NCBI GenBank assembly: GCA_963663385.2
Contig: CAXXXD010000003.1
Location: 608,001 to 672,000 of the forward strand
Direction of reading: 5' to 3'
Origin: Oceanispirochaeta sp.
GTDB taxonomy: Bacteria > Spirochaetota > Spirochaetia > DSM-2461
Length of the DNA stretch: 64,000 nt
Part shown: one piece after another, positions 1 through 8,955 of the stretch
How positions within the stretch are numbered: the first letter of the stretch is position 1
Layout: every line of letters starts with the position of its first letter
The notes under the pieces: model-generated
Database searches by the model: none
Told to the model about the DNA's origin: nothing
What the model saw: only the letters and a program-made list of their open reading frames with translations
Program-made: the position numbers and the translations under genes

Positions 1-73
1 CCGTAATAGCGGAAAACTCCTGATTTTTTATACCCTGACAGGACCGGGAGTACCCCTCCCGGTTTCGGTCCTG

Positions 74-850
74 TTATTTTTCCGGGATTTCACCAACGCC
101 GTTTAAAACGTAATGGGGGCGATAGGCAAAACGTTCTATCTCGGCTCTGTCCGTAACACCGCTTAAAACCAGAACAGTTTCTATTTCCGATTCAATTCCG
201 GCAATTATATCCGTGTCCATTCTGTCTCCTACAATGGCAGTTTCCTCTCTCCGGCAATTAAGCCTTTTAAGAGCGCTGCGCATCATTAACGGATTGGGTT
301 TTCCCACGAAATAGGCTTTACTCCCTGTAGACAGTTCAATTGGACTGATCAGAGCGCCTGTGGAGGGGGCAATACCTTTCTCGACAGGTCCTGTCAGGTC
401 CGGGTTTGTCCCGATTAATTTGGCTCCGTTCTTTACCAGATTGACTGCATGAATAAGCGTATCCATATTGTACGTACGGGAATCTCCCACAATCACATAG
501 TCGGGATTTATATCATTCATGGAGAACCCCGCATCATAGAGGGCATTGGTCAGCCCGGCTTCACCGATAACGTAGGCGCTGCCTCCGGGACACTGGTTCT
601 TCAGAAAATCGGCGGTAGCCAGGGCGCTTGTATAGAAATGATCAACCGTTACTTCCACACCAAGACGTGACAGCTTCTGCTGGAGTTCGCGTGGAGACCG
701 CTCGGAGGCATTGGTCAGAAAAAGGAACTTTTTATCCCTTTCTTTCAGCCAGTTTACAAATTCCGGAACCCCGGGAAGCAGCTTGTTGCCGTGGTAGATT
801 ACACCGTCCATATCGCATATAAAAGCATTCTTGTTCTGCAGGTTTATCAT
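74..850 (-). CDS. nagD: HAD-IIA family hydrolase (NagD-like)
   Basis: DMDGV motif I, LTN motif II, GKP and GDRMDTDI motifs. Confidence 0.88.
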   Translation of the reverse strand: MINLQNKNAFICDMDGVIYHGNKLLPGVPEFVNWLKERDKKFLFLTNASERSPRELQQKLSRLGVEVTVDHFYTSALATADFLKNQCPGGSAYVIGEAGLTNALYDAGFSMNDINPDYVIVGDSRTYNMDTLIHAVNLVKNGAKLIGTNPDLTGPVEKGIAPSTGALISPIELSTGSKAYFVGKPNPLMMRSALKRLNCRREETAIVGDRMDTDIIAGIESEIETVLVLSGVTDRAEIERFAYRPHYVLNGVGEIPEK

Positions 851-902
851 GGGACCTCTTGTTCTATTCGGGATTTATCGAATTTTATCATTTATGTTCG
901 AT

Positions 903-2444
903 TCAGGGAAGGAATCTCCTTAAATCTTCAAAGAGGGTCTCCACATCCAGTGATGCGGCTACTTCAGGCAGGTTATCCGCATCATACCGGGTTTCTCCAA
1001 TCCTGTTTCCCAAATCGTCGTAACTGTACTCAAATTTCCATACCCCGTTACCGGAGCTGTCGTAACTGCCGAGGCTGGCCGTATGGCCGTCATCATCGTA
1101 CAGCAGAATAAAAGACCCGTTTTCCCTGTCATCCGATGTATCGGTTGTGCCTTTGGCATCCCAGACCGCAATTGTGATCTTTTTATTTGCCTCATCGTAA
1201 GAAAAGGAATAGTACCCTATATAACTGTCATCTCCATCGTAGTGCCGGATTGTCTGGATACTCCTGGCATAGTCTTCCGATACCGCAGGTGTAACAGAGT
1301 ATTCGTAGACAAATCTCTGCAGCAGCGTATCCCCGTTATAAATACAGATGCCGGCGGGAACACCCGATGTGTAGGTAAAATCATAGCGCAGGGGAATATA
1401 CAGGCTGTCACCTGATGTGTTAAGGCTTGTCAGATAAGAGTTGGAATCGTAAGTAAACTCAAGTTTCAGAACCGTTTCTCCGTTATACGTTGTGTTTTTA
1501 CTCTTCACCCTGCTGTTTTCATAGGCAATGACCGTTTCTATGGGAAGATCGTTCAGCTGTTCGGGGGCGCTCCTTTTCAGGTAAACAGGAAGGTAGCTGC
1601 TGTTCAGAGTCGCCATTGTATAGCCGAAGCTGTCGTAAACCCATAGACTCATCCAGCTGTAATCCCTGCTGTCGTCAATCAGATTCAGAACCGGGATGGA
1701 CGGGGCTGCCGGTGCTGCAGGGGCGGTCAGACCGGCGCTGTTGCGGCTCTCCGTATTTACACCGCCCCAGGCAGGAAAGCTCTCTGCGGAAAAGCAGGAT
1801 TTAAAAGTATCGGAAGAGGTCGTCGAACCGTAGCCTGTGTTTTTTATGCTTCTGTTGCTGCCGTCGTAAGAGCTTGCAATATAGGCAGTCCGGTGAGAAT
1901 CCGGACCATAGAGGGAGCTGAGGGTTGTATTTCCCGCGCTGTCATATTCATAGCTGTAAGCCCATTCCAGAGAAAAGGTCTCTTTGTATCGGGCGGATGT
2001 AAGAGTCCGGCTGTTTCCGTCATAAGTCCAGGTTTCAAACCACTTGAGGCTGCTTTTTTCATCATAGTTATTCTGCTGCAGAGCTTTCCCGCCGGAATAC
2101 ACATTGGTATTGAACCAGGAAAGGGTATTGTCGCTGTCAAAGTAGGCTTCCATAACAAGGTCGTTTCCACTCCAGCCGTACACATAGGACCATAAAACGC
2201 TGTTCGAGGGGAGGCAGTGCTTCATAAAAATACACTGGCCATCAGCATTAAAATCGTAGTACTCCATCCAGATGAGCGTCCCGTCGCCTTGGTAGTAGTA
2301 TTTTATATCATTTTCAGAATCGTATCTGTAATAGGATGCGGCTTCGCCTTCATCATCCCCGCTGTCATCCAGAAAATCCAGGGAACAGCTCTGTATCAAA
2401 ATCAACAGAATAAGAGACGTAAACATTCCTGCTTTACGGATCAT
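903..2444 (-). CDS. YD/RHS-like repeat lipoprotein
   Basis: Likely start ATG at 2444 (AAGGT SD). Lipobox-like IQSC, then ~24-aa repeats of the W-x4-5-YD-x2-G type. Confidence 0.7.
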   Translation of the reverse strand: MIRKAGMFTSLILLILIQSCSLDFLDDSGDDEGEAASYYRYDSENDIKYYYQGDGTLIWMEYYDFNADGQCIFMKHCLPSNSVLWSYVYGWSGNDLVMEAYFDSDNTLSWFNTNVYSGGKALQQNNYDEKSSLKWFETWTYDGNSRTLTSARYKETFSLEWAYSYEYDSAGNTTLSSLYGPDSHRTAYIASSYDGSNRSIKNTGYGSTTSSDTFKSCFSAESFPAWGGVNTESRNSAGLTAPAAPAAPSIPVLNLIDDSRDYSWMSLWVYDSFGYTMATLNSSYLPVYLKRSAPEQLNDLPIETVIAYENSRVKSKNTTYNGETVLKLEFTYDSNSYLTSLNTSGDSLYIPLRYDFTYTSGVPAGICIYNGDTLLQRFVYEYSVTPAVSEDYARSIQTIRHYDGDDSYIGYYSFSYDEANKKITIAVWDAKGTTDTSDDRENGSFILLYDDDGHTASLGSYDSSGNGVWKFEYSYDDLGNRIGETRYDADNLPEVAASLDVETLFEDLRRFLP

Positions 2445-2455
2445 TTTTTCACCTT

Positions 2456-2481
2456 TATTAATACATTTCTTTGTATTAATA
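2456..2481. promoter_or_regulatory. Perfect inverted repeat TATTAATACA-N6-TGTATTAATA between divergent genes; candidate operator
   Basis: 10-bp perfect arms seen in sequence. Confidence 0.45.
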
Positions 2482-2552
2482 TATCCCAATACATACGTAA
2501 AATCAAAAGGGATGAGGATATTATCAGAAAACAATTTTCAGGGATTTATATA

Positions 2553-3620
2553 TTGGTTCTCCTCCTCTTCTGTCAGAGAATTTCTGCGGAAATAGCGGTT
2601 TCCCTGGAGATGCCCGAGCTGGGCGAGGGCATGGGGCGCCTGGAAGCCCTGCTGGCGGAAAACATTGCCCCCGCCATGGCGGAGATTGACGCATCCGTTG
2701 CGGATCTGCTGGAAAAACCGAAGCTTACGGGAGCTTTCAGTACCGCTGCCGGGCTGAGCAGCTCCCTCCCCCTGCAGGGAAATGGGATGGTTTCATCCGA
2801 ATACAGCCTTTCCCTGGGCAGTTATGCCTCACTCTACTCCTATACATTTGATACGGATGCTCTGGAAGAAAGGTTCAGTCAGCTGAGCGAAGAGGACGAT
2901 TTTGAGTTCGGAGTCAATATCCATCTGGTAAATGCAGGGTTTTTCTTTCCCTTGAAAAAACTTCATCCCTGCTCTTCCGGGTTTGTTTCTCTTGCCTATT
3001 CCGATCTGTCGGGAGAAGAGGTCTTTATCAGAAGTTTCTTTATTCAAACCGCTCTGGGACACATGCCTTTCCGGGAGAAAAAACTTAACCGCAGTTTCAA
3101 GTGGTCCCCCCTTTACGGGCAGATCGCTGTCAGTTACAGCTCAAGCCGTCTTGGTACCGAATTTGAAACAGGTGTCATCGAAGAGGAATTTGAACTGGAT
3201 CCCGACGGGAACGGTCCCCTGATAGCACAGGATGTGAGCATTGAAATTGATCCCCTGGTAAAGCTCGGGCTGGAATCCCGGATAGGGACTCTGACGGCCG
3301 CCTTCTCATCGGGAATCACTCTTCTGGATTTCCTGCATTGCTATATCGGCGCCGGAATCAGCACAGCCTTCGGCAGAACGGATATTGCCGTAGACAGCTC
3401 GGATGAAATTACCGTGATGGGGTACCTTTCGGGGCTGATTGAAAAGGAGGGACGTTTTATTATCAGCGGAAGCGTTGAGGGATCAGCCCCTGTGGTTCTG
3501 CTTCCCTATTTTTTTACGGGCCTTCAACTCGACATCAGCTCCCTGTTTCTGCGAATCCCCTTTCAGTATAATCCTGAAACCGGTATCAGCGGCGGGATCA
3601 GTATGGGGGTTTCCCTGTGA
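2553..3620 (+). CDS. Exported, probable outer-membrane beta-barrel protein (spirochaete Lsa36-like?)
   Basis: Signal-peptide-like N-terminus, amphipathic beta strands, C-terminal GISMGVSL. Start is uncertain (TTG 2553, or ATT/ATC at 2520/2523). The ORF-track start 2217 overlaps the opposite-strand gene. Confidence 0.6.
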   Translation: MVLLLFCQRISAEIAVSLEMPELGEGMGRLEALLAENIAPAMAEIDASVADLLEKPKLTGAFSTAAGLSSSLPLQGNGMVSSEYSLSLGSYASLYSYTFDTDALEERFSQLSEEDDFEFGVNIHLVNAGFFFPLKKLHPCSSGFVSLAYSDLSGEEVFIRSFFIQTALGHMPFREKKLNRSFKWSPLYGQIAVSYSSSRLGTEFETGVIEEEFELDPDGNGPLIAQDVSIEIDPLVKLGLESRIGTLTAAFSSGITLLDFLHCYIGAGISTAFGRTDIAVDSSDEITVMGYLSGLIEKEGRFIISGSVEGSAPVVLLPYFFTGLQLDISSLFLRIPFQYNPETGISGGISMGVSL

Positions 3621-4882
3621 TCCGTTTTTTTAATCCCTGTTTCATACTATGCCTGACAATTGTGCTATCCCCGTACCTGATAAGTGCAGAGGACACCCCT
3701 TCTGGGGTGTACCCGGGTGACGTATTTTATATTACCCCTTCTTTTTCCAGTGCTTACCTTCTTTCCGGTTCTGATGCGGCAGGAGGGGAACTTCGGGCCG
3801 GGCTGCAGTGCTCCCAGCTGGTAGATTCCTATATATTCGGTATGGAAGGAGGCTACGGCTTTCTGGATGAAAAAGGAGAGGATCCCCGGCCATTTTCAAT
3901 GATTACTTTAAAAGGGGCTTACCGTTATACCCCCTTTTTCCTGTTCAGTGTGGACCCCTTTCTTTCCCTCTCCCTTCTGAACCTGTCCGTTCCGGCTCTT
4001 TCTTTAGGCAGCTCTCTGAATTTTCATATCACTGACAGAAATTTCCTGTCTCTGGATCTGGCGGTTCAAATCCCCTTCAGTACTGTAAAACCCCATTTCT
4101 CTTTAGGGATAGGGATAAAGCACCGCATTCCGGTTCTTCGCAAATTCCCGCCCCTGAATGCGGAAGTCGAGCTCTCCACTACTGTTTTTTCTCCCGACGG
4201 TGACGGCGTGAATGACACTCTGGACATTGCATTGCAGACGAAAAACGGTTCATCCTGCCGGGAGTGGACGGTTGAAATAAGGGATCATCATCAGAATCCC
4301 GTTAAAACCTGGTCGGGAAAGGGGGAGCCTCCCGGAGAAATCCGCTGGGACGGTTACTCCAGCGAAAACAGTATGGTCTTTTCCGCTTCCGATTATTATC
4401 TTGAAATCCGAATGACCGACAAGCTGGGTAACCGCCTTTCGGATACGGCAGAATTCGTAACCGATGTGTTTGTCGAAAACGTGGGGGGGCAGCTGAGAAT
4501 CCGGATTCCCGGAATTCAGTTCTCACCGGGAGCGGCGGATTTTTCACTGCTCAGCCGGGAGGAGATAGATAAAAACAGGGAAAAGATAGCCAGACTGAGC
4601 ACTATCCTGGATAAATTCCCCGACTACCGGATCATGATAGAAGGTCACGGGAACCTGATCTACTGGGCGTCGAAAGAGAAAGCGCAGAAAGAGCAGGAGG
4701 ATGTTCTTATCCCCCTTTCAAGAGCAAGGGCCATGCAGATAAAGAGGGTGCTGATCGAAGAGGGGATAGACCCGGACAGGCTGGATGTTTCCGGCAAAGG
4801 GGGGGAGTCTCCTCTGGTTCCCTTTTCGGATGAACAGAACCGCTGGAAAAACCGGCGGGTGGAATTTATTCTTCTCCGTTAA
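3617..4882 (+). CDS. OmpA-family protein with FlgD-type Ig domain
   Basis: FSPDGDGVNDTL Ig motif; C-terminal OmpA_C (IEGH...LSRARA...NRRVEF). GTGA overlap with the upstream stop codon. Confidence 0.88.
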   Translation: MIRFFNPCFILCLTIVLSPYLISAEDTPSGVYPGDVFYITPSFSSAYLLSGSDAAGGELRAGLQCSQLVDSYIFGMEGGYGFLDEKGEDPRPFSMITLKGAYRYTPFFLFSVDPFLSLSLLNLSVPALSLGSSLNFHITDRNFLSLDLAVQIPFSTVKPHFSLGIGIKHRIPVLRKFPPLNAEVELSTTVFSPDGDGVNDTLDIALQTKNGSSCREWTVEIRDHHQNPVKTWSGKGEPPGEIRWDGYSSENSMVFSASDYYLEIRMTDKLGNRLSDTAEFVTDVFVENVGGQLRIRIPGIQFSPGAADFSLLSREEIDKNREKIARLSTILDKFPDYRIMIEGHGNLIYWASKEKAQKEQEDVLIPLSRARAMQIKRVLIEEGIDPDRLDVSGKGGESPLVPFSDEQNRWKNRRVEFILLR

Positions 4883-5219
4883 GAAAATAATCAACCATAA
4901 CCGCAAACAGGGCTGTTCCGATAAGGCAGGTTCCTGTGAGGATAATTCCGTTCTGCATCTCCCTTCCATCCGGATTGCTTAATCCCTTGTCAATTGTGTT
5001 ATGGGCGGTGCAGAGGGAGAGGCCCATCATACCGAGGGTTCCTGCTGCGCTGATCCATAATCCCGTGTTGTCGCTGTAATGATCAGGCAGATAGTCTGTC
5101 AGGGGTTTTTCGGAAGGCGGGGGTGGGCTGAAGTCATCTCTGGTTTTAATCTCTTCCGATGACAGAGATGCGGATGTCAGGTAAAACAGAAGAACCGGGA
5201 TGAGGAATACACGTTTCAT
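4866..5219 (-). CDS. Hypothetical exported/membrane protein
   Basis: Signal peptide plus two hydrophobic segments; TTGACG-18-TATACT promoter 7 nt before the ATG. Confidence 0.6.
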   Translation of the reverse strand: MKRVFLIPVLLFYLTSASLSSEEIKTRDDFSPPPPSEKPLTDYLPDHYSDNTGLWISAAGTLGMMGLSLCTAHNTIDKGLSNPDGREMQNGIILTGTCLIGTALFAVMVDYFLNGEE

Positions 5220-5265
5220 GGCAAAAAGTATAAGTGGTCCCGGGACATCCCGTCAATCAGCTTCA

Positions 5266-5313
5266 GGGGTGTACTGTAAAGTGTGCGGGATTGCATACCT
5301 TACAGTACACCCT
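5266..5313 (-). terminator. Long hairpin downstream of the NSS/MetS operon
   Basis: GGGTGTACTGTAA...TTACAGTACACCC inverted repeat just after the small-subunit stop codon. Confidence 0.55.
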
Positions 5314-5321
5314 CTGGTTTT

Positions 5322-5417
5322 TTACTGTTTTCTAACGGCAATATACAGACAGAAGGCGGCTCCGCCCCATGTCACAGCCAATCCGAAAATCATCATGATT
5401 ACAGCTTCAAGGCTCAT
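5322..5417 (-). CDS. MetS-family NSS transporter small subunit (31 aa; not in the ORF track)
   Basis: MSLEAVIMMIFGLAVTWGGAAFCLYIAVRKQ: single TM with WGG motif. ATGA overlap with the NSS transporter stop, GGAG SD upstream. Confidence 0.82.
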   Translation of the reverse strand: MSLEAVIMMIFGLAVTWGGAAFCLYIAVRKQ

Positions 5418-7009
5418 GCGCTTTCTCCTTCCAGGTGTATTTTATGACTCTTCAATTTCTGAAAAACAAAAGAGAAAACAAAAACTCCTATGACGGAAAT
5501 CCAGCCATAGAGAATGAGTTCCCTGCTTCCATACCCTTCATACCCGGGGGCAACCTGATCAATGGTAATGACAATCCCGTTGTCCACCAGGATATCCAAT
5601 GCATTGACCTTCGCAAGAAGACCGGCTGCTCCGATTCGCAGCTCTGAAGCAAAATTGGTAATGGCCATGCTTCCCAGAACAACAGGGGTCAGGACTTTCA
5701 GGCAGAAATTCCACCATTTTTTTACAGGATAATCCGAAAGGGGATTGATATGTTCCTTCAGGTCATCCAGACGGAACACCCAGGCAAACAGGATGACCTC
5801 TGTCAGTCCCACAAAAAGAATCCCGAAGTTATTGATAAAATGATCGACAATATCAAGGATATAGATCCCCGCCCCGGTGGCATACACTGTACTGAACAGG
5901 AATCCGCCGCTACAGTAGACGGTTACGGTCTTTTTCCGCTGCAGACCGAATTTATCTATAAAACTGGCAATGACGGTTTCATTGATGGAGATAGCGGAAG
6001 AGAGTCCTGCAATCGTCAGGGACAGGAAGAAGAGAGGGCCTATCAGCCAGGGGGCAGGCATGTAATTAATCGCCTGCGGGATGGTAACAAAGGCGAGACC
6101 TATACCGGCGGAAACCACCTGATCCACTCCAACGCCCTGAGCCTGAGCCATATGGCCGAGGATGGCAAAAATCATGATTCCGGCGATGACACTGAAACCG
6201 CAGTTCAGAAGTCCGGTCATAAATCCGTTGTTGACAATATCCGAATCCTTGGGCAGGTAACTGGAGTAGGTGATCATAATGGCGAATCCGATACTCATGG
6301 AGTAGAAAATCTGTCCATACGCGCTGGTCCATACGGAAACGTCCCACAGTTTTGAAAAATCCGGTTTGAACAGCCAGTCCAGACCAACGCCCGCTCCTTC
6401 CAGAAAAAGGCTTCGTCCTGTCAGAAACAGAACCAGAACGATCAGGGTGGGCATAAAAATCTTGTTGGCCAGCTCTATACCTTTGGATACACCGCTGAAA
6501 AGGATATACCACATGATACCCCAGACCGCTGCCAGAGCAGCCAGGACAGGCCAGTTCATTCCCCCCAGGCTGAGAGGACTGCTGCTGATTTTCAGAAAAT
6601 CATTGAAAAAGAAGCCGCCCGTGTCCGAACCCCATACCTGTCCGAAAGCCATAAAGGTATAGGATACTGTCCAGGCAATGATAATTACATAGTAAAGCCC
6701 TATCACCAGGGCTACCAGAACCTGCCACCAGCCGACCCATTCAAATTTGTTCAAATGTCTGTAACTCTTTGTCAATCTGGCAAATACGCTGGGTGCGCCC
6801 CCGCGGTATTTATGACCCAGACCGAACTCCATTACAAGAATGGGAATCCCCGCAGTCAGCATGGCGAAGAAGTAGGGGATCAGAAAGGTGCCCCCTCCGT
6901 TACTATATGCCTGATAGGGGAAACGCCAGATGTTTCCCAACCCGATGGCGGAACCGACGGCGGCCATTATAAAGCCCATTCTGGTTCCCCACTGTTGTCG
7001 TTTTTCCAC
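5414..7009 (-). CDS. Sodium-dependent amino-acid transporter, NSS/SNF family
   Basis: GSAIGLGNIWRFPY signature, about 12 TM helices. Confidence 0.93.
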   Translation of the reverse strand: MEKRQQWGTRMGFIMAAVGSAIGLGNIWRFPYQAYSNGGGTFLIPYFFAMLTAGIPILVMEFGLGHKYRGGAPSVFARLTKSYRHLNKFEWVGWWQVLVALVIGLYYVIIIAWTVSYTFMAFGQVWGSDTGGFFFNDFLKISSSPLSLGGMNWPVLAALAAVWGIMWYILFSGVSKGIELANKIFMPTLIVLVLFLTGRSLFLEGAGVGLDWLFKPDFSKLWDVSVWTSAYGQIFYSMSIGFAIMITYSSYLPKDSDIVNNGFMTGLLNCGFSVIAGIMIFAILGHMAQAQGVGVDQVVSAGIGLAFVTIPQAINYMPAPWLIGPLFFLSLTIAGLSSAISINETVIASFIDKFGLQRKKTVTVYCSGGFLFSTVYATGAGIYILDIVDHFINNFGILFVGLTEVILFAWVFRLDDLKEHINPLSDYPVKKWWNFCLKVLTPVVLGSMAITNFASELRIGAAGLLAKVNALDILVDNGIVITIDQVAPGYEGYGSRELILYGWISVIGVFVFSFVFQKLKSHKIHLEGESA

Positions 7010-7235
7010 TGTTTATTCTCCTGAATTATTAAATTATTCAATCAAACTCCGGGAAATATAACATTTTTTACGAATAAGAAAAGTATATGGGGCAATAAAT
7101 AAGAATATTTTTAATCTACCCATTGATTTTATCATAATCCGTAGTATACCGTTGCATTTCGGGTCGGTCAGCCTGAACTGATGCAGGGATGCTGTATTGC
7201 TTTTGAACAACCTATCTACTATCTTTAATAGTGAA

Positions 7236-8009
7236 ATGATAAAACCACGCTGGATTTTATTTTTGATTCTGGTTATGCGGTTTGCCTGTTTATCGGCTTA
7301 TCCCGAAAGCAACCTGATAACCCTGGCAGCCGATCCGTGGCCTCCTTTTGCCGATCCTGACGCGGAAGGGGAGGGACTGGCCATCCGGATTGTAAGGGCT
7401 GCTTTTGAAAGTCGGGGGTATGAAGTGGAAATGAAGTTTCTACCCTGGGCGAGGGCGATGCAGAGTGTGCAGGAGGGGCTCTTCGATATCATTCCCACAA
7501 TATGGAAAAGCAGGGAACGGGAGGAAAAGTACGATTTCAGCGATCCCTTTCTGATAAACACCATTGTTATTATCAAGAGAGCAGCCGATCAATTCGAGTA
7601 CACCGGATTAAACAGCCTGTCCGGCAAAAAAATCGGTCTTATAAGGGGATACAGTTATGACGAAGAGTTCCTGGCGGCTGCGAACTATCAGAAGGTAACT
7701 GTTTCCTACCTGATACAGAGTCTCTTCCTGTTAACCTCCTACCGGATCGATCTGGCTGTGGAGGATCTTATAGTGGCCAGGATGCTTCTCAACCGGCAGG
7801 AGGAGTCTCTGCGTAACAGCATTACTTTTGTCGACAATCCCCTGAGCCAGAAGCCGCTTCATATTGCGGTAAGTAAAAGTAGCCCCAGGGGCCGGGAGAT
7901 CCTTGATATTTTTAATACCGGTTTGAGGGAGATCAGAAATAATGGCACCTACGATGCTCTGATCCGGGAATACCATATCACTCCGGAATCCATACCCCCC
8001 TTAAAGTAA
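7236..8009 (+). CDS. Periplasmic substrate-binding protein (SBP family 3-like), orphan
   Basis: Signal peptide, DPWPPF, LPWARA and GTYDAL motifs; likely ATG at 7236. Confidence 0.82.
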   Translation: MIKPRWILFLILVMRFACLSAYPESNLITLAADPWPPFADPDAEGEGLAIRIVRAAFESRGYEVEMKFLPWARAMQSVQEGLFDIIPTIWKSREREEKYDFSDPFLINTIVIIKRAADQFEYTGLNSLSGKKIGLIRGYSYDEEFLAAANYQKVTVSYLIQSLFLLTSYRIDLAVEDLIVARMLLNRQEESLRNSITFVDNPLSQKPLHIAVSKSSPRGREILDIFNTGLREIRNNGTYDALIREYHITPESIPPLK

Positions 8010-8013
8010 CAGA

Positions 8014-8688
8014 TTATATTTCTCCCTCTTCCAGAAAGCTGAAATACCCTTTTTTGCTGAAGATAATATGATCCAGCAGAGGAATCCCCAGGATCTCTCC
8101 CGCCTCTTTTAAGCGCCTGGTTATCTCTATGTCCTCGCGGCTGGGTTCCAGGTTTCCCGAGGGGTGATTGTGGGCGACAATTACCGCTGCTGCAAAATCG
8201 GTGATAGGGCCTGTAAATATTTCACGGGGATGGGCTATTGTCCTGTTCACCAGGCCCTGACTGACCTGTCTGGTTTTAATATGCTCATGAGCGCCGTTCA
8301 AACTGATTGAGAAAAAATACTCCTGGGGCCGGTCCGCCATATGGCTCAGGAGAGGATAGATCTCTCCCGGATGGGAGATGCGGATATGATGGGGCAGATA
8401 GTAGCGCCGGGAGAACTCAAGAGCTGCCGCAATCAGGGATGACCTGGCCATTCCCATTCCCTTGATAGTCATTAACTCTTCCAGTGCCGGCATCCCTTCC
8501 GTCTGATCCAGCAGTTTCATAAGATTTCCGGCAATATTCTCAACGGGACAGTTCTTCTGCCCGCTTCCTATCAGGATTTTAAGGAGTTCCTTATCATTCA
8601 GTACGGAAATCCCATACTGATTCGCCTTTTCCCGGGGCAGCAGTTCCCCCCGGGATGTAATGCTGTACTGATTCAGGTCATTCTTCAT
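8014..8688 (-). CDS. radC: RadC/UPF0758 JAB-domain protein
   Basis: PREK N-terminus, HhH, and AHNHPSG...PSREDI...LLDHII JAB motif. Confidence 0.92.
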   Translation of the reverse strand: MKNDLNQYSITSRGELLPREKANQYGISVLNDKELLKILIGSGQKNCPVENIAGNLMKLLDQTEGMPALEELMTIKGMGMARSSLIAAALEFSRRYYLPHHIRISHPGEIYPLLSHMADRPQEYFFSISLNGAHEHIKTRQVSQGLVNRTIAHPREIFTGPITDFAAAVIVAHNHPSGNLEPSREDIEITRRLKEAGEILGIPLLDHIIFSKKGYFSFLEEGEI

Positions 8689-8955
8689 ACAGAGTATGAC
8701 AGGAGTAATATTAGTTATGCTTCAACTTCGGATAAAATTATGATCATAAGGTCTGATATGTAGTTTCAAAGAGGGGTCTATAAGTTTTTCTTGAAAACAG
8801 GATCATCTGATACTTTTTTTACGTCATTCAGAGTGCTTCAGGGGAAATGGTCGAATTTCAGAGTTTATATAAATTAACTCTATTCAAGGTATATAAAATT
8901 CAGTAAATTGGGAATTAACAACAGCTTTGTAATTACATTAGAAGGGAGAAAATCC

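Noticed and set aside
903..2444. RHS polymorphic toxin
   Set aside because: No RHS core, DPxG cleavage motif, toxin tip or immunity gene; it has a lipoprotein signal.
2217..2534. Long overlap of the ORF-track starts at 2217(+) and 2534(-)
   Set aside because: Signal peptides and SD sites place the real starts near 2444(-) and 2520-2553(+).
7010..7235. Amino-acid riboswitch (lysine/SAM/glycine) upstream of the NSS transporter
   Set aside because: The region is AT-rich with no recognisable aptamer motifs or terminator.
8014..8688. radC as a marker of a mobile element
   Set aside because: It is the full-length chromosomal type with HhH, and no integrase, relaxase or phage genes are nearby.
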